Origin: Takakia lepidozioides
Taxonomy: Eukaryota; Plantae; Bryophyta
Direction of reading: 5' to 3'
Assembly (NCBI GenBank): GCA_030704615.1
Contig: CM060733.1
Coordinates: forward strand, 58,280,001-58,344,000
DNA length: 64,000 nt
Positions within the stretch are counted from its first letter, which is position 1, and each line of letters starts with the position of its first letter. Positions 25,350 to 36,960 of this stretch are shown here, in pieces. The notes under the pieces are model-generated. The model worked only from the letters and a program-made list of their open reading frames with translations. It did no database searches and was not told the DNA's origin. A program made the translations under genes and the position numbers.

Positions 25350-26650
25350 TCATCCTGGATACTCCTGCATTTGGCCTACATGTCCACAAGGGCATGTGCC
25401 AAGATGATGTCAGCATGGACCTTTCTGCCCCTTTCCAGCTCTGCCAGGCTGGCACACACATTGTAGACACAAATGAATGTGACCTAGTTGGGCTTCACCC
25501 CTTCCTGCATCATTCGCTCGATACTCCATGAGATCAAATCTTGTTTACCCATATTATTGAGCACTCCCTTTGCATCTTTGATGCTCCCACATTTGGCATA
25601 CATGTTGAGGACATGTTGACGAGCATAGTGTCCAGAACAATATCTGGTACAATTCCAGCTTTTAAGAGGTGAACGTGGAGACAACAACGTCACATTCATT
25701 TGCATTCTCAAAGCGTGTGCCAGCCTGGTAGACCTGGAAAAAGGCAAAGCGGAAAGATCCATCCTAGAAAACCAGATTTCAAGCACCAGACTAACAACGA
25801 GGGACCATGGATTGATAGCTACAAAAAACCTATTTGGGTCGATGGTGAATTGGAGCAGCAGGATGCAGCTAGGGGCAAATGTACAAAAACTGAAGATACA
25901 AACGAGGAGAAGCTCCGGAAAGAATATTTCTCAAACTCCAGTCAATGGTGGGACGTTGTAGGCAGAAAGATCCATCCTAGAGGACCAGATTTTCAGCACA
26001 AGTGCACCAACCAGCAACTATGGATTGGTAGCTATAAGAAACCTCCATGGGTAGATGGCCAATTGAAAACAGCAGCAACACAATTGTGTGGGTGACGCAT
26101 CCCCACGAGAACGACCTCCTCCATTGTACAATGTGGGGATGTGATGACAACTGAAATCTGCTGTTCAGAATTTGAGCCAAGGGGGCATATCAGCAGACTC
26201 CAAAACTTATGTCTGTCTCTTGAGGGAGTGTATCAAGATGACAGGCCTAGCAGAGGGAAAGCAGGTGCATGCACACATTATCCAACGTGGATTCAAGCCA
26301 GAGATCTTTCTACACAACACCCTTGTCAATATGTATGCCAAGTGCGGAGCGTTCTGGATGCACGTCTGGTGTTTGACAAAATGCATGAACGATACTGGAT
26401 CACATGGAACATAATGGTAGCAGCATATTCCAAGCAGGGATATTGTAGGGAGGCCTTGGACACCTACAAGCAAATGACGTTGGAAAATTGTCCCACCATT
26501 TACTGGAGTCTGCCGAATAATCCTTCCAAAGCTTCTCCACATATGTATTTTGGGTTATTGGATATTTGCTTATGTGGCCTCCTTGCTTATCCCCCTGAAT
26601 GTGATTCGCCTCTTCTGTTGTCCACTGCGCTGCAATTGGCATGAAAGTGT
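25350..26650. pseudogene. Rearranged pseudogene with OSB-type PDF motifs followed by PLS-class PPR repeats
   Basis: + strand: KIHPRKPDFKH..W..KPIWV, EYFSNSSQWWD..KIHPRGPDFQHK..LW..KPPWV, then TYVCLLRECI..GKQVHAHI..NTLVNMYAKCG/SVLDARLVFDKM..TWNIMVAAYSKQG. - strand: EKLWKDYSADSSKWWDN (26540-26487) and PPR pieces (25620-25350). Confidence 0.8.
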
Positions 26651-27064
26651 TTGAAGCAAATCGCAATTCAATGTGTTCGAAATATGAACAGGGGTCACGT
26701 ACCGTGTACCTATACAACCAACACGTTTCTGAAGCTCTCAGGATCTGAGCTCTCAGGCAAGCAGTATAGCCTTGGGAGGCTTGCGAGGGCACCCAAGGGA
26801 ACATGTCATGTCATGCGTGCCAAATGTTGAAGGGCCCGCCGGCACCATTGACCTGGCCACGTGGTAGGTTGAATGAGTGACGGTGACAAAAATGAGGCGA
26901 TGGGTGCATGCAGGGTCTGCATCAGTGTTGGGTTTTTCTGCCATTATACCCTGAGGGTAAAACCCAATAAGGGTACCTATGTGGATACACACTACCCTGG
27001 AAATTCGAAAATACCCTTACCCTACCCTAATAATTATTTTTGTTATACCCTTAATGGATTATAC

Positions 27065-27568
27065 CAGTGTTGGACTGGTATATAGGTGAAGGACTGGTAT
27101 AAAGTACTGGTATATGCACTGGTATTAGATACCATACCAGTCTATCGTTTGGGAGAATACTTGGTCATGTACCAGACCAGGCTGGTATCAGTTTTTTCAT
27201 ACCAGCCACAATACCAGTACTCCCCCGCAGTCTACCTCATTTACTCTGGTATGTGTACCATATTAATTTATGTGTACATTTGTCTATACATTTGTATTTA
27301 TGTATATTTACTTCTAAAGCCATCTTGAATTACAAGTTTATCAAATAGCAAATATCAAGTGAAAATAAATACAATACACATAAAGGATGATACCAGAGTT
27401 GATACCTCATACTAGCTGGTATTGTGGTCATGATACTCATACTCATACCAGTATTTGGACAAATATACATCCACCATTACATAGACCAGACTGGTATGAA
27501 AACTTTGTGATACGCCTGGTACCAAGACCAGGCTGGTATGTAAAAAACTTGATATCAGACCAACACTG
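27065..27568. mobile_element. hAT MITE nested in the outer hAT
   Basis: TIR CAGTGTTGG / CCAACACTG with a perfect 8-bp TSD GATTATAC; subterminal ACCAG/CTGGT repeats. Confidence 0.92.
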
Positions 27569-28274
27569 GATTATACCCTGGGGTTTGAAATTTTGAAGGA
27601 TACCCTTACCTGAGGGTAAATCTGTTCAATGGCCGGGAAGGGTATAATATTACTTGCCATAATTTGATTACTAAGGGTTTAGGTTTAGGTGTGGTATTTG
27701 CTAGGGGCAAACACTACCATTTATTATTTATTTGTTTTATTTTTTCCCCCTCGTTGGTCTTCCCCTTCGGAGCTTGTGCTCCAAGAACCGGTCCTTGCCA
27801 CTCTCTCCTTCTTGCAAAAAGTTGTGCTAGTGGCGGGGACCGCTTAAATGTGCTGTTTTATTATTATTATATTTTAGGGCCATAAATAAGGGCTAAAATT
27901 TTGCTATTCATAAGCCACAAGAAATAAACAATTGTTTTTTTCAAAGTAAAAGGCATAGCCCGTTAAATTCTATTTAATGGGGATGTCATATAATTGAATT
28001 GATTTATTCTAAGTATTTAATGAAATTCGCAAATTAAATTAATTAAATTAAGTTATCCTTTATAATTACCCTGGGATATCCATAGGATATAAAAATGGTA
28101 CCACTATCCTGCAATTACCCTTACCCTCATGGTATCTGTGGCACCCAATACCCTTTCCCTGAGGGGTAAATATTTACCAAAAAATTATATATACCCTTAC
28201 CCGGAAAGTAAATATTTTCAGAAAATAGATTATACCTTTACCCTGAGGATAAGTTTGATCCCCAAAATTATATA

Positions 28275-28473
28275 CCGTAGTACCTTGGCAATTTCGACAT
28301 AAATCATAATATTTCAAAGGTTGTTGAAAATTTTGGAAATTGATTTTTATCAATTAAATAATTTTTTGAATGATAATAAAGCATCTTTGGGAATATTCTA
28401 TATATTGAAATGAAATTCTTAAAATAAAATAAATATTCGACAGATGATTGTTGAGCTTGCCAAGGTACTACAG
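28275..28473. mobile_element. Tc1/mariner-type MITE nested in the outer hAT
   Basis: TA|CCGTAGTACCTTGGCAA ... TTGCCAAGGTACTACAG|TA; 17-bp TIR with one mismatch and TA TSD. Confidence 0.85.
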
Positions 28474-28749
28474 TATATCCTTACCCTCAGGGTAGGAAAA
28501 ATCGATATACCCTCCCAACACTGGTCACATCCACTCATACCCCTTTCCATGCACCACCGTGGAATGGGACCCGTCCGGTGGTTTCCACTGGCACTTTTGT
28601 ACGTGTGTGACTAAAAAAATCTTCTTCCTCGCACCCTTGAGTTTCCTTATTTTCCCGCACTTGACTGTATCTGTAGGCACCTCTTCCTATTGTACAGAAT
28701 GTGATCGTCCTCCTCCACACGCAACGAAAATTTATGGATTTCAACTTTG

Positions 28750-29650
28750 AGATGTCAGCTTTCACTACAATGGTTTCCGCGACTTCTGCAGTGGTCACTA
28801 GATTGCAACTTGCTTCAGCCACCACGTTTGATGATCACATACGACTACACACTCTAGTAACAGCCTGAAAGCGAGCAAGACAAATGGGATCACAAGCAAT
28901 TGCAGTGCTTTAGAGACGAACACGTGCTTATTTCAACAATCATTAAAGGCAATTTCAACAAGGTTTAAATTTTTGGGTCATCTTTTGGTCCGTGGTGTAT
29001 CAAACCCCGATCTATTCATTGGTGGGATCAATTTGCAGATATTGTGATGAGGGAAGATGAAGAGAGATTTCGGAAAATGCTTAGAGTGACAGTACCCACA
29101 TTTAATTATTTGTGTGATATTCGTGGCAATGACCTCATATGAAATCCGTCTGCTGATTTGCAAAACATCAAAGGGAGAAAACTGTCAATTGCCAAACAAG
29201 TAGCATTATCTCTACGAAGGTTTGCAATATGTGATTCTTTTCTCAATATAGGGGAAATGTTTGGTGTGGCTGAATCCACTGCCAACAAAAATGTGCATAG
29301 ATTCACGAAGGCCATAATCAAAAGAGCCCACGACCACCTGCAGTGGCCTGGCCAGGATGCCCTCTGTTTTGTGAAAGTTGGCTTTGAAAAAATGCATGGT
29401 TATATTCCACAATGTTGAGGAGCTATCAACTACACCCACATCTTGTTTGACCTACCAGACAATAAAAAAGGGACTGATTGGTTTAATAGGGATCATAATT
29501 ATTCAATGATTGCATAAGCTGTTGTCGACTCCAACATGCATTTTCTGGATGTATTTGTCGGCTTCCCTGGTTTTGTCTATGATTCCCGTGTGTTGACGAG
29601 GTCTGATTTCTACTTCCAAATCGAGAATGACCAACGGCTGAATGGTTCAT
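28750..29650 (+). mobile_element. PIF/Harbinger (HARBI1/ALP1-like DDE) transposase pseudogene, 3'-truncated
   Basis: WCIKPRSIHWW..FRKMLRV..TFNYLC, KQVALSLRRFA..GEMFGVAEST, GAINYTHI, AVVDSNMHFLDVFVGFPGFVYDSRVL; stops and frameshifts. Confidence 0.88.
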
Positions 29651-30164
29651 TGAGAAAATTCCGTAGTATGGTGCAATGTCTTCAATCCAGATCCAGGACC
29701 ATGCTTCACCCAATCTGTATGTTTTGCTGCTTGCAAGACCATGACCTCGTTCACGGTCCATGGACCCTTCTTATAACAGTGATCGGGAATATTACTGTGT
29801 TGGGACCAAACTTTGTGCTTTCCTTATCTAGAGGAGAATACACATCTTCTGTTTCTTGTCCTAAATTATCTTCAAGAAGAGCTTGCACTGTTGCTACGCG
29901 CTACTCTGCGAAAACTAAAAAAAAAACCATGGCGGCAAAAGACTATGTGTGTACGTTTGGCGCGAAAATGTGAGAAAAATGACATATTTAGCAAGTCATA
30001 CAAGAAAAAATACTGGCTAGTATAGGTCAACCATGGAGAACGGGACCCGTACGCCCAACGCCTCACCAAAAGTGAGGGCTCCGTTGCACGAAACCCGACC
30101 AGACCCTGCACGGGTCTCGATATCCATGGAAGTACATGGAACGAGGTGCCTGGAGGACCCATTG

Positions 30165-31700
30165 ACTCCATTCTGATGAGGAGTTCGAGCTTGCGTCAAT
30201 TGCCTCAAAATCCCGTGCTGATCCAAATAGTCTTGAAATTGCTTGGATAGAAATTCACCCCATTTGTCCGTACGAAGGGTTTTGATGTGTTTGCCGGTTA
30301 GATTCTCTATCATTGTCTTTAGCAACACAAACTTTGAAAAAAATTCACTAGAGCTTGGATCGCAAGAAATAAGTCCAGGTACATCTGCTGAAATCATCGG
30401 TGAAGGTTATTAAATATATTTTTCCTCTAAGAGATATAACTGGAAGTGGGCCACAAACATCTGAATGAATCAAAGCAAAGATTTCACTTGTTCTTGAAGT
30501 ACTTGACTTCGGGTATCTCTCTCGATGTTGTTTCTCTTTATGACATCCTTCACATCAAACAGTAATCAAGGGTAGTTTTGGAACACCCGATGCTTCATCT
30601 TTGACACATATGTGATGAATTCCTTGATAGCTTAAATGACCAAGTCTCATGTGCCAAAGATTTGCGAGAGTAGTTACTTCAATTGCATTGATCTCAACAG
30701 ATGAACTTGATGGAGAGTAGGCTTGAAGTCTGTATAAACCACTGGATGGTTCTCTGATCCTTGTGGCTATGATTGTGGTTTTTACCTTTAAAGAGATACC
30801 AACATCTAGTGGAGTTGAAAACTGCAATTACACCGTTGTTAGTAAGTGCACCGACAGAGAGTAAATTTTTGTGAGACCTGGAACATATAAGACATCAGAA
30901 ATTTTCTTTATTTCTCAAGTTGGGAATTGAAACATAACGTCTTATTTTCCCTCTACAACATGGCTTCAATAGCCTCCAGTTGACTTGACCCTCTGAGATT
31001 CTACAAATGCATGAATATGCTCCAAGACATTTGGGCTGCCAGTAACATGTTTACTAATTCCCGAGTCAATGTACCAGGGATCACCAGTCTCAAACAAGAG
31101 AGCTGTCAGGGTTTCTTCAATAACATCTGCCGCTAGTGCAGCGACTTCGGTGGAGTCATTTTGATCTTCTCCTTTGTATGAAGTTTCCAACGGATGACCT
31201 TCAGAAGAGACCAAATGAGTCTGTTTCTCCTCGTTGAGAAGATGGAACTTTGCTCTGCAGTCCTTAGCCTTGTTCCACGACAAGTTCCACGATGAGTTTT
31301 ATTTTGGAAGCGACTCTCCTCTAGATAAAACCTCTCACTGAGCTCTTCTAGAGTTGGAAGGTCCCGCTCGCTAGAAACAACTCTAACGAAAGTCTCATAA
31401 CTCTCCGGGAGAGCATTAATAATTTATTCTACCACAATATTATCGTCAGGAGTCTCACCAAATTCTGCCAATTGGTTGAGTAGATCCCTGACGTGTTACA
31501 TGAACGCAACAATACTTGTCCCCTCTTCCATTCGCAAGTTGGTGAACCTGCTATGAACCATCAATCTATTCGCATTGTTCTGATTCCATAAAAGGCCTTG
31601 AGAGTGACATCCCAACATGATTTCCCCATGATCCCGAGAGTTCAGAATGTATGGCACCACCTGATCCTTCACTGATAGTTTTATGATGGACATGACATTT
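30165..31700 (-). mobile_element. Ty1/copia gag-protease-integrase remnant
   Basis: IKLSVKDQVVPYI..LRMEEG (gag), WYIDSGISKHVTG (protease), LWHMRLGHLS (pre-integrase), LIHSDVCGP, IKTLRTD.WGEF, RTPHQNG (integrase). Confidence 0.92.
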
Positions 31701-31807
31701 TTTATTTTTTATTTTTCCGCCTCCTCATTCGTTCTCTCTCTTTGCCGCAAGCGTCGGCGCGTCGGCGCCCGCTCACGTGCATAGGCGCCCCAACACCTTC
31801 TCCACCA

Positions 31808-32350
31808 TGTCATCGTCCAAACGACAACGGACTGGGAACGAAGATGGGGTCTCACCCTCACCATCGCTTCTCCCTGATACTCTTCTACTCCTTCTTCCTG
31901 CCCCAAGCACTCAACATACCTCTCTGTTGCGTCAGTATTCCACTAGGAGTGCAGACATCCAGATCCTACGAGAGCAAGTTGTCATCCTGCAATCCTGTTG
32001 CGTCTCAAAAGAGACTCTACAGAATTTATTTGCAGCCAAAGATAGAGACGTGGAGAATTTGTTGGCGGAGGTGGACGTCTTGCGAACTTCCCTTCTGGAG
32101 AGCAACACCAAAGTGGAGGGTCTGCTGAAATAGCTCAATTCTACAATAACCACTGCACGTCTCTATAAATTGGAAGGGGAAGTAAGGGCCCTTACAGATA
32201 AGGACATTTTAAGTACCCTCACGGCAAGGATCCACCAACAGGTGGAAACGCTAGTTGGAATCTCATAAGGCTATGACATCGTCTATGGCTCAAGAGCTGC
32301 AAGCTCATAAGGCGGAGATTCAACAAACAGGAGAACGGGTTACATGGAAG
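31808..32350 (+). other. Degenerate coiled-coil ORF, probably a DNA-transposon accessory gene
   Basis: MSSSKRQRT..LREQVVIL..VENLLAEVDVLRTSL continues in frame past stops; no domain recognised. Confidence 0.3.
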
Positions 32351-32363
32351 GTAACCCTTAAAG

Positions 32364-32394
<31 letters not shown>

Positions 32395-34114
32395 TTCGGT
32401 GTCATTCGCATTTTTGAGACAGTCATTCTTATTGTTTTGTTGTTTGCTATTGCCACCATGCCATTTGCAGGGGATTCTATTTTGTGAGCTCATACGTTTT
32501 GGGTCGTCCATCACTACAGACTCACCAATTTTGTAGGTTGTGTTTCGTGGTCTACACAATAGAGCTCCTGGTTATTGTGCATTGAAGATGGTATTAGGGC
32601 TGACATTGGAGCATGTTTAGATTTATGTGTCTGCCATCTGGAGCCATTAATACGCGCTTCATGCTCATTTTTGTGTAGGTTTAGGCTTATATTCATTGGG
32701 GTGACTTATGTGGTGTGTTTAGGGATTTCATGGCTCCAAAGTAAAAGGCGGTTGCTGTAGCTAAGCCACAAACACCTCCAGCCGAGCATGCAACTGTAGT
32801 CAATCTATGGTCTTATCAGATATTATATACGTGCATGAACTTCATGCATTATTCCTAGGGTTCTCTATGTTATGCGTTGTTTTGCCTTTTTGCAATAAGA
32901 ATATTTTTGGATGTATTAACGATGTTGATATTCGTTTCATTTTCAATATGAATTTGTTTGATTTTATCAATGTGTAATTATAATATATTAATAGATCTAT
33001 ATTGAGAATCTAATTGCAGTTTTTGCTTCTTTGTTGTTGCTCTATAATATGATATATTGCAATGCTTATGGACATTTCTATAGAGCCATACAAAATTTGG
33101 AAGAGCATATAATAACTTTTGTAATGCAAGTATTGTGCACTTGTTCTATATCGTCTTACACAGAACATTGCTGATAAGAAGAGAAATTTCATTAAGGTCA
33201 ACATATCTACATATACGCGATATAGATTGGTTGTCGTGAATGCAAGTGTAGTACATATATATGTCATCTTCTACAAGCTACATTGGAGTATAAGCGTGCA
33301 CATTCTAGCAATGTTGTTCTACAAATTATCCACCTCTTCGACACTACCTCCATATAAGTAAACCACTTCTTAGTGAACTGCAAACGTGTGTTGGGTAAAA
33401 TATAAATATTTTGTTTATCTACCCAAAATCAAGGCACATTGCAATTCTAAGCGATTGGGGTACCATAAATAAATTACAATCCTAAACTTTACACATACCA
33501 TAAACACAAAGTTTTAAAGAAAATATACCTCAATTGCCTTCCCACCACCTATATCTAGAAAAACAAGTCAATATACTAGAGTTATCCATTAAGTGAAAGG
33601 GATGGAGGGTATGTTTGGCCAGTTTGGCTAGAAGACAGGCTGAAGTGCAATAAATGTTAAAAGAGCATGCCTGCAAAATAGAAGGGGAAAAAAAAAAACC
33701 AAACTCAAAATAGTACCGGTATGAGCATAAAACGCGTGTTATTCTTTATTTGTTTTTTAGCATTTCTCTCCAAGTACGTGACGGGGCGTGGCGTGGCGAG
33801 GCGTAGAACAAAGTGAGCATGGAGGCTGGGGCGGGGCCCACGCTGACATAATATGCGCACTTTGGCATAGGCCCCGCGCGCGCTGGGGCAGGCTCATCCG
33901 TCCCTAATTCCTCTCAGGGTTGTGAATCTAGACGTGACGTGGCGCTGACACATCAGCGTCACGTCAAGTCCAAACCGGACGTTAGTAAGTGTAAATAATT
34001 TTTTTTTCATCTTTATTATTGACTATTTATCATGCATACCGAGGTGACGGACCAAGTGGACTAACCACGTGAATAAAATTTTATTGTATTTAAAGAATAA
34101 AAAATAAAAATATA

Positions 34115-35470
34115 TGAAACCGCCAATATTGGCGGTCACAAAAATTTGATTTTTTTAATGCATGCGACCGTCCGTATTTGTGATCGCTTGCATTTAAATA
34201 AATGAAAAAAAAATGCGACCGTGGTTAATGAATAAAATTTTAAATTTGTTTTAAAATAACAGATTTTTTAATTAAAAAATGACCAATTGACGGTCGTTCG
34301 CATTTTATAAAATAACAAAAGCATGTGATTGTCAATATTGGCGGTTGCAAGTATTTGTAAAAATGAGAAAAAACATGTGACGGCCAATATTGACGGCTGA
34401 TCATATTGTTTTTCTCGCATTTGTTCTTAAAACAACACGCGCGACCGCCAATATTGGCGATTGCATGCATATCAAAAAAAAAAAAAACATGCGACCGGCT
34501 TTCAATTTTGAATAATTGGATCTTTGAGTCCCACGTATGGGCCAGACAGCGCATGGACAAACGCAGGGTCGTCCCCGCCTTCCCCCGCGACCACCCGGCA
34601 AGTCTACTCACGAGTCTGGGTCTGCTGGGGTCCAACTTTAGGGTCCACTCGAGGGTCCGGGTCTGCTCAGGACTTACGAAATTTCCTGGAAAACTCGCAC
34701 CTAAAAAGGACTGTCATTAATGCACATGCAACGCCATCCAAAGTTGAACGCGCAACGTCATAAATATCAATCAATGCTCCCAACCACCACACTACCTGTT
34801 GTTTGCTGCTACACCAACGATTTTTTTTATCTCTTAACGTAGAAAAACAGCCGCAGTCAGCCTTAACGTGGTCTAGGATGATGAACCCACCTTCGGGTCA
34901 GGACCTACGGACCCTACCTCGCGGCAGACCTTTACCTGGCGGACCCTGGCCGGATCATAGGTCGCGGCGGGGCCACCCAAAACCACCCCTCGTCTGTACG
35001 TGGGGCCCGCTGTCTAGCCCACACGTGAGACTTAAAGACCCAATTATTCAACAAATTATAAGAAGCCATGCGACCGCCCATATTGGAGGTCGCATACATT
35101 AAAAAAATTTAAAAAAACATACGACCACCAATATTGGCGGTCGCACGCATTTAAGTAAAAAAATAAAATTTAGCATGTAACCGCCAATATTGGTAGTCAT
35201 ACGCATTAAATTATTAAAAAAAATGAGAAAAATATGCGACCGTCAATATTGACGGTCGCAAAAATTAGAAAAAATAGACAAAACATGCGGCCGCCAATAA
35301 TGGTGGTCGCATGCATTTTGTTAAATTGGTTCCCAAACAAATAACAGAATATAGAAACAATACTTCTTCCTATTTATTCGCGGTCGTACCTAATGTAAAT
35401 ATATACAACTGCCCATTTTTGGCTGTCGCACCTATTCTGTTACTGTCATAAATATATGACCGGTCGGTGA
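34115..35470. repeat. Foldback-like element: two inverted arms, each an array of 26-bp palindromes, around a GC-rich core
   Basis: Consensus TGCGACCGCCAATATTGGCGGTCGCA (a perfect palindrome) recurs every ~50-60 bp at 34115-34500 and 35069-35430. Inner arm sequence 34500-34551 is the reverse complement of 35008-35058. Confidence 0.8.
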
Positions 35471-35511
35471 TATTTGTCGATTCATATTTTTTATTTTTTA
35501 TTTATTTTTCA

Positions 35512-35545
35512 TTAGTTACCCGTCACCGTGTCTGCGACGGCGCTG
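35512..35545 (-). mobile_element. Probable Helitron 3' terminus
   Basis: The - strand reads GCCGTCGCAGACACGGTGACGGGTAACTAA|T: GC hairpin followed by CTRR and T. The 5' end was not located. Confidence 0.5.
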
Positions 35546-36694
35546 CTTAATGACATATTTTATCTTTAGGATATTTGCAGGATTGGGTATCTCAAAATCG
35601 ACAGATGTTGAGTCTACGAAAGTCCATTGGGAGAAATAAATAAATAAATAAAATTCATCATATATATTTAAAAAAATAGATATTAGTATACCTAATATTT
35701 TTAATAAAGAGCCCACCTCAAAATATTGAAGACATTGTTTACTAGTCTATTAATTTTTAATTTAAAAATGTCAAAACTTAGAGTTTACAACCACTTGTCC
35801 ATATACCACCTGACGTCTCTAGATTATAGATTTGTATGTTAGTAAAAGATGACATCCCGAAAACCCAAAAGATAACATGTTATGGACAATTTATTTCTTA
35901 TGTATAAAATAATCCATTGCTCTCGATACCTAAGATAACTAGTCCATATAAAAGTGGATTTGGATTGGTTTTAAAAATGGCACTAGTAGTATATTTTTTT
36001 TTGTGCCATTATATGAGTGTAGATAATAATTTTTTAGTCCATAAGATTTTATATGTAACATCTGCATTCCATAGTATTATTAATCAACTTCAAAAGTCCA
36101 TAGCTCTCTGGTACATGATTGTTTTTGCAATCTAACAATTGGTACACATACCAAGTATTGAAGTTAGAAACCCTACGCCATATAAATTTAGATGAAATAT
36201 TGAGTTGTTAAGCAAATATGGGTAAAACCATGAAGGAAGGTCAATGTAGAAACTGCATATTACACAAAAACTGAGATATCCAATTCTGCAAATACCCTTT
36301 AATTTTTTTTAACTAGTATAAATCCTAAATGTGACGTGGTAGGTCTGATGCAACCAACGTGACATTAATAACCAAACTTTATTGTATTTGCTATAACTTG
36401 GGCGTAGGTATTTTTGCCAATGTCTCTTCTATAAGGCTCTCTGCAATGACTCGTAAACGGTGCTGGAATTGAGAAGAGGTTTCACCATACTACATTTAAG
36501 AATCCATGAGCAGCCCCATGAACGAAACATCACATGTCAGAAATGTCTTTTGACTTGGAATAGGTATTATGTTTGCTTCGGTGTAGGCTCGAAAACATGG
36601 CTCATGGCTCATGGCTTGTCTGCTCATCGCTCATGGAAAATGCAGACCCTGGAATGTGTAGTGATGACCATGTAGATCGCTGAGAAAAGTGTTC

Positions 36695-36960
36695 ACTATG
36701 AGCAAGACAACGAGACAGGGAAATACCCTTGTTTGATTTGTGCCAAAGGGCCTAAGATAGGCTACAGCAAGAAAAATAGTTTCAATTATCATCTTGCTCG
36801 TGATGGTCATATGGTGTAGTTGTCTGTTAGCAAATCTGGGAGGCCTAGAGTGAGATTTGACACACCTCTAGAACCTGAGAAGAGTCGGAGAAATAACATC
36901 CGTGCAATGGCAGATCCTGTTAAACTACCTGAAATTATAAAACTCACAAACACACATTGT
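36695..36960 (+). pseudogene. C2H2/BED-like zinc-finger ORF remnant (TE cargo)
   Basis: KYPCLICAKGPKIGYSKKNSFNYHLARDGH followed by a stop and SGRPR. Confidence 0.4.

Larger units (their letters stand above)
26923..28523. mobile_element. hAT-like non-autonomous element (outer)
   Basis: TIR CAGTGTTGGG / CCCAACACTG; many subterminal TACCCT/AGGGTA motifs; the 8-bp flanks GTCTGCAT / GTCACATC match only partly. Confidence 0.75.

Noticed and set aside
27675-27689. Interstitial telomeric repeat
   Set aside because: Only about two imperfect TTTAGG units.
34115-35470. CRISPR array (regular palindromic repeats with spacers)
   Set aside because: Eukaryotic context, degenerate repeats, low-complexity A/T spacers, inverted-arm layout and no cas genes.
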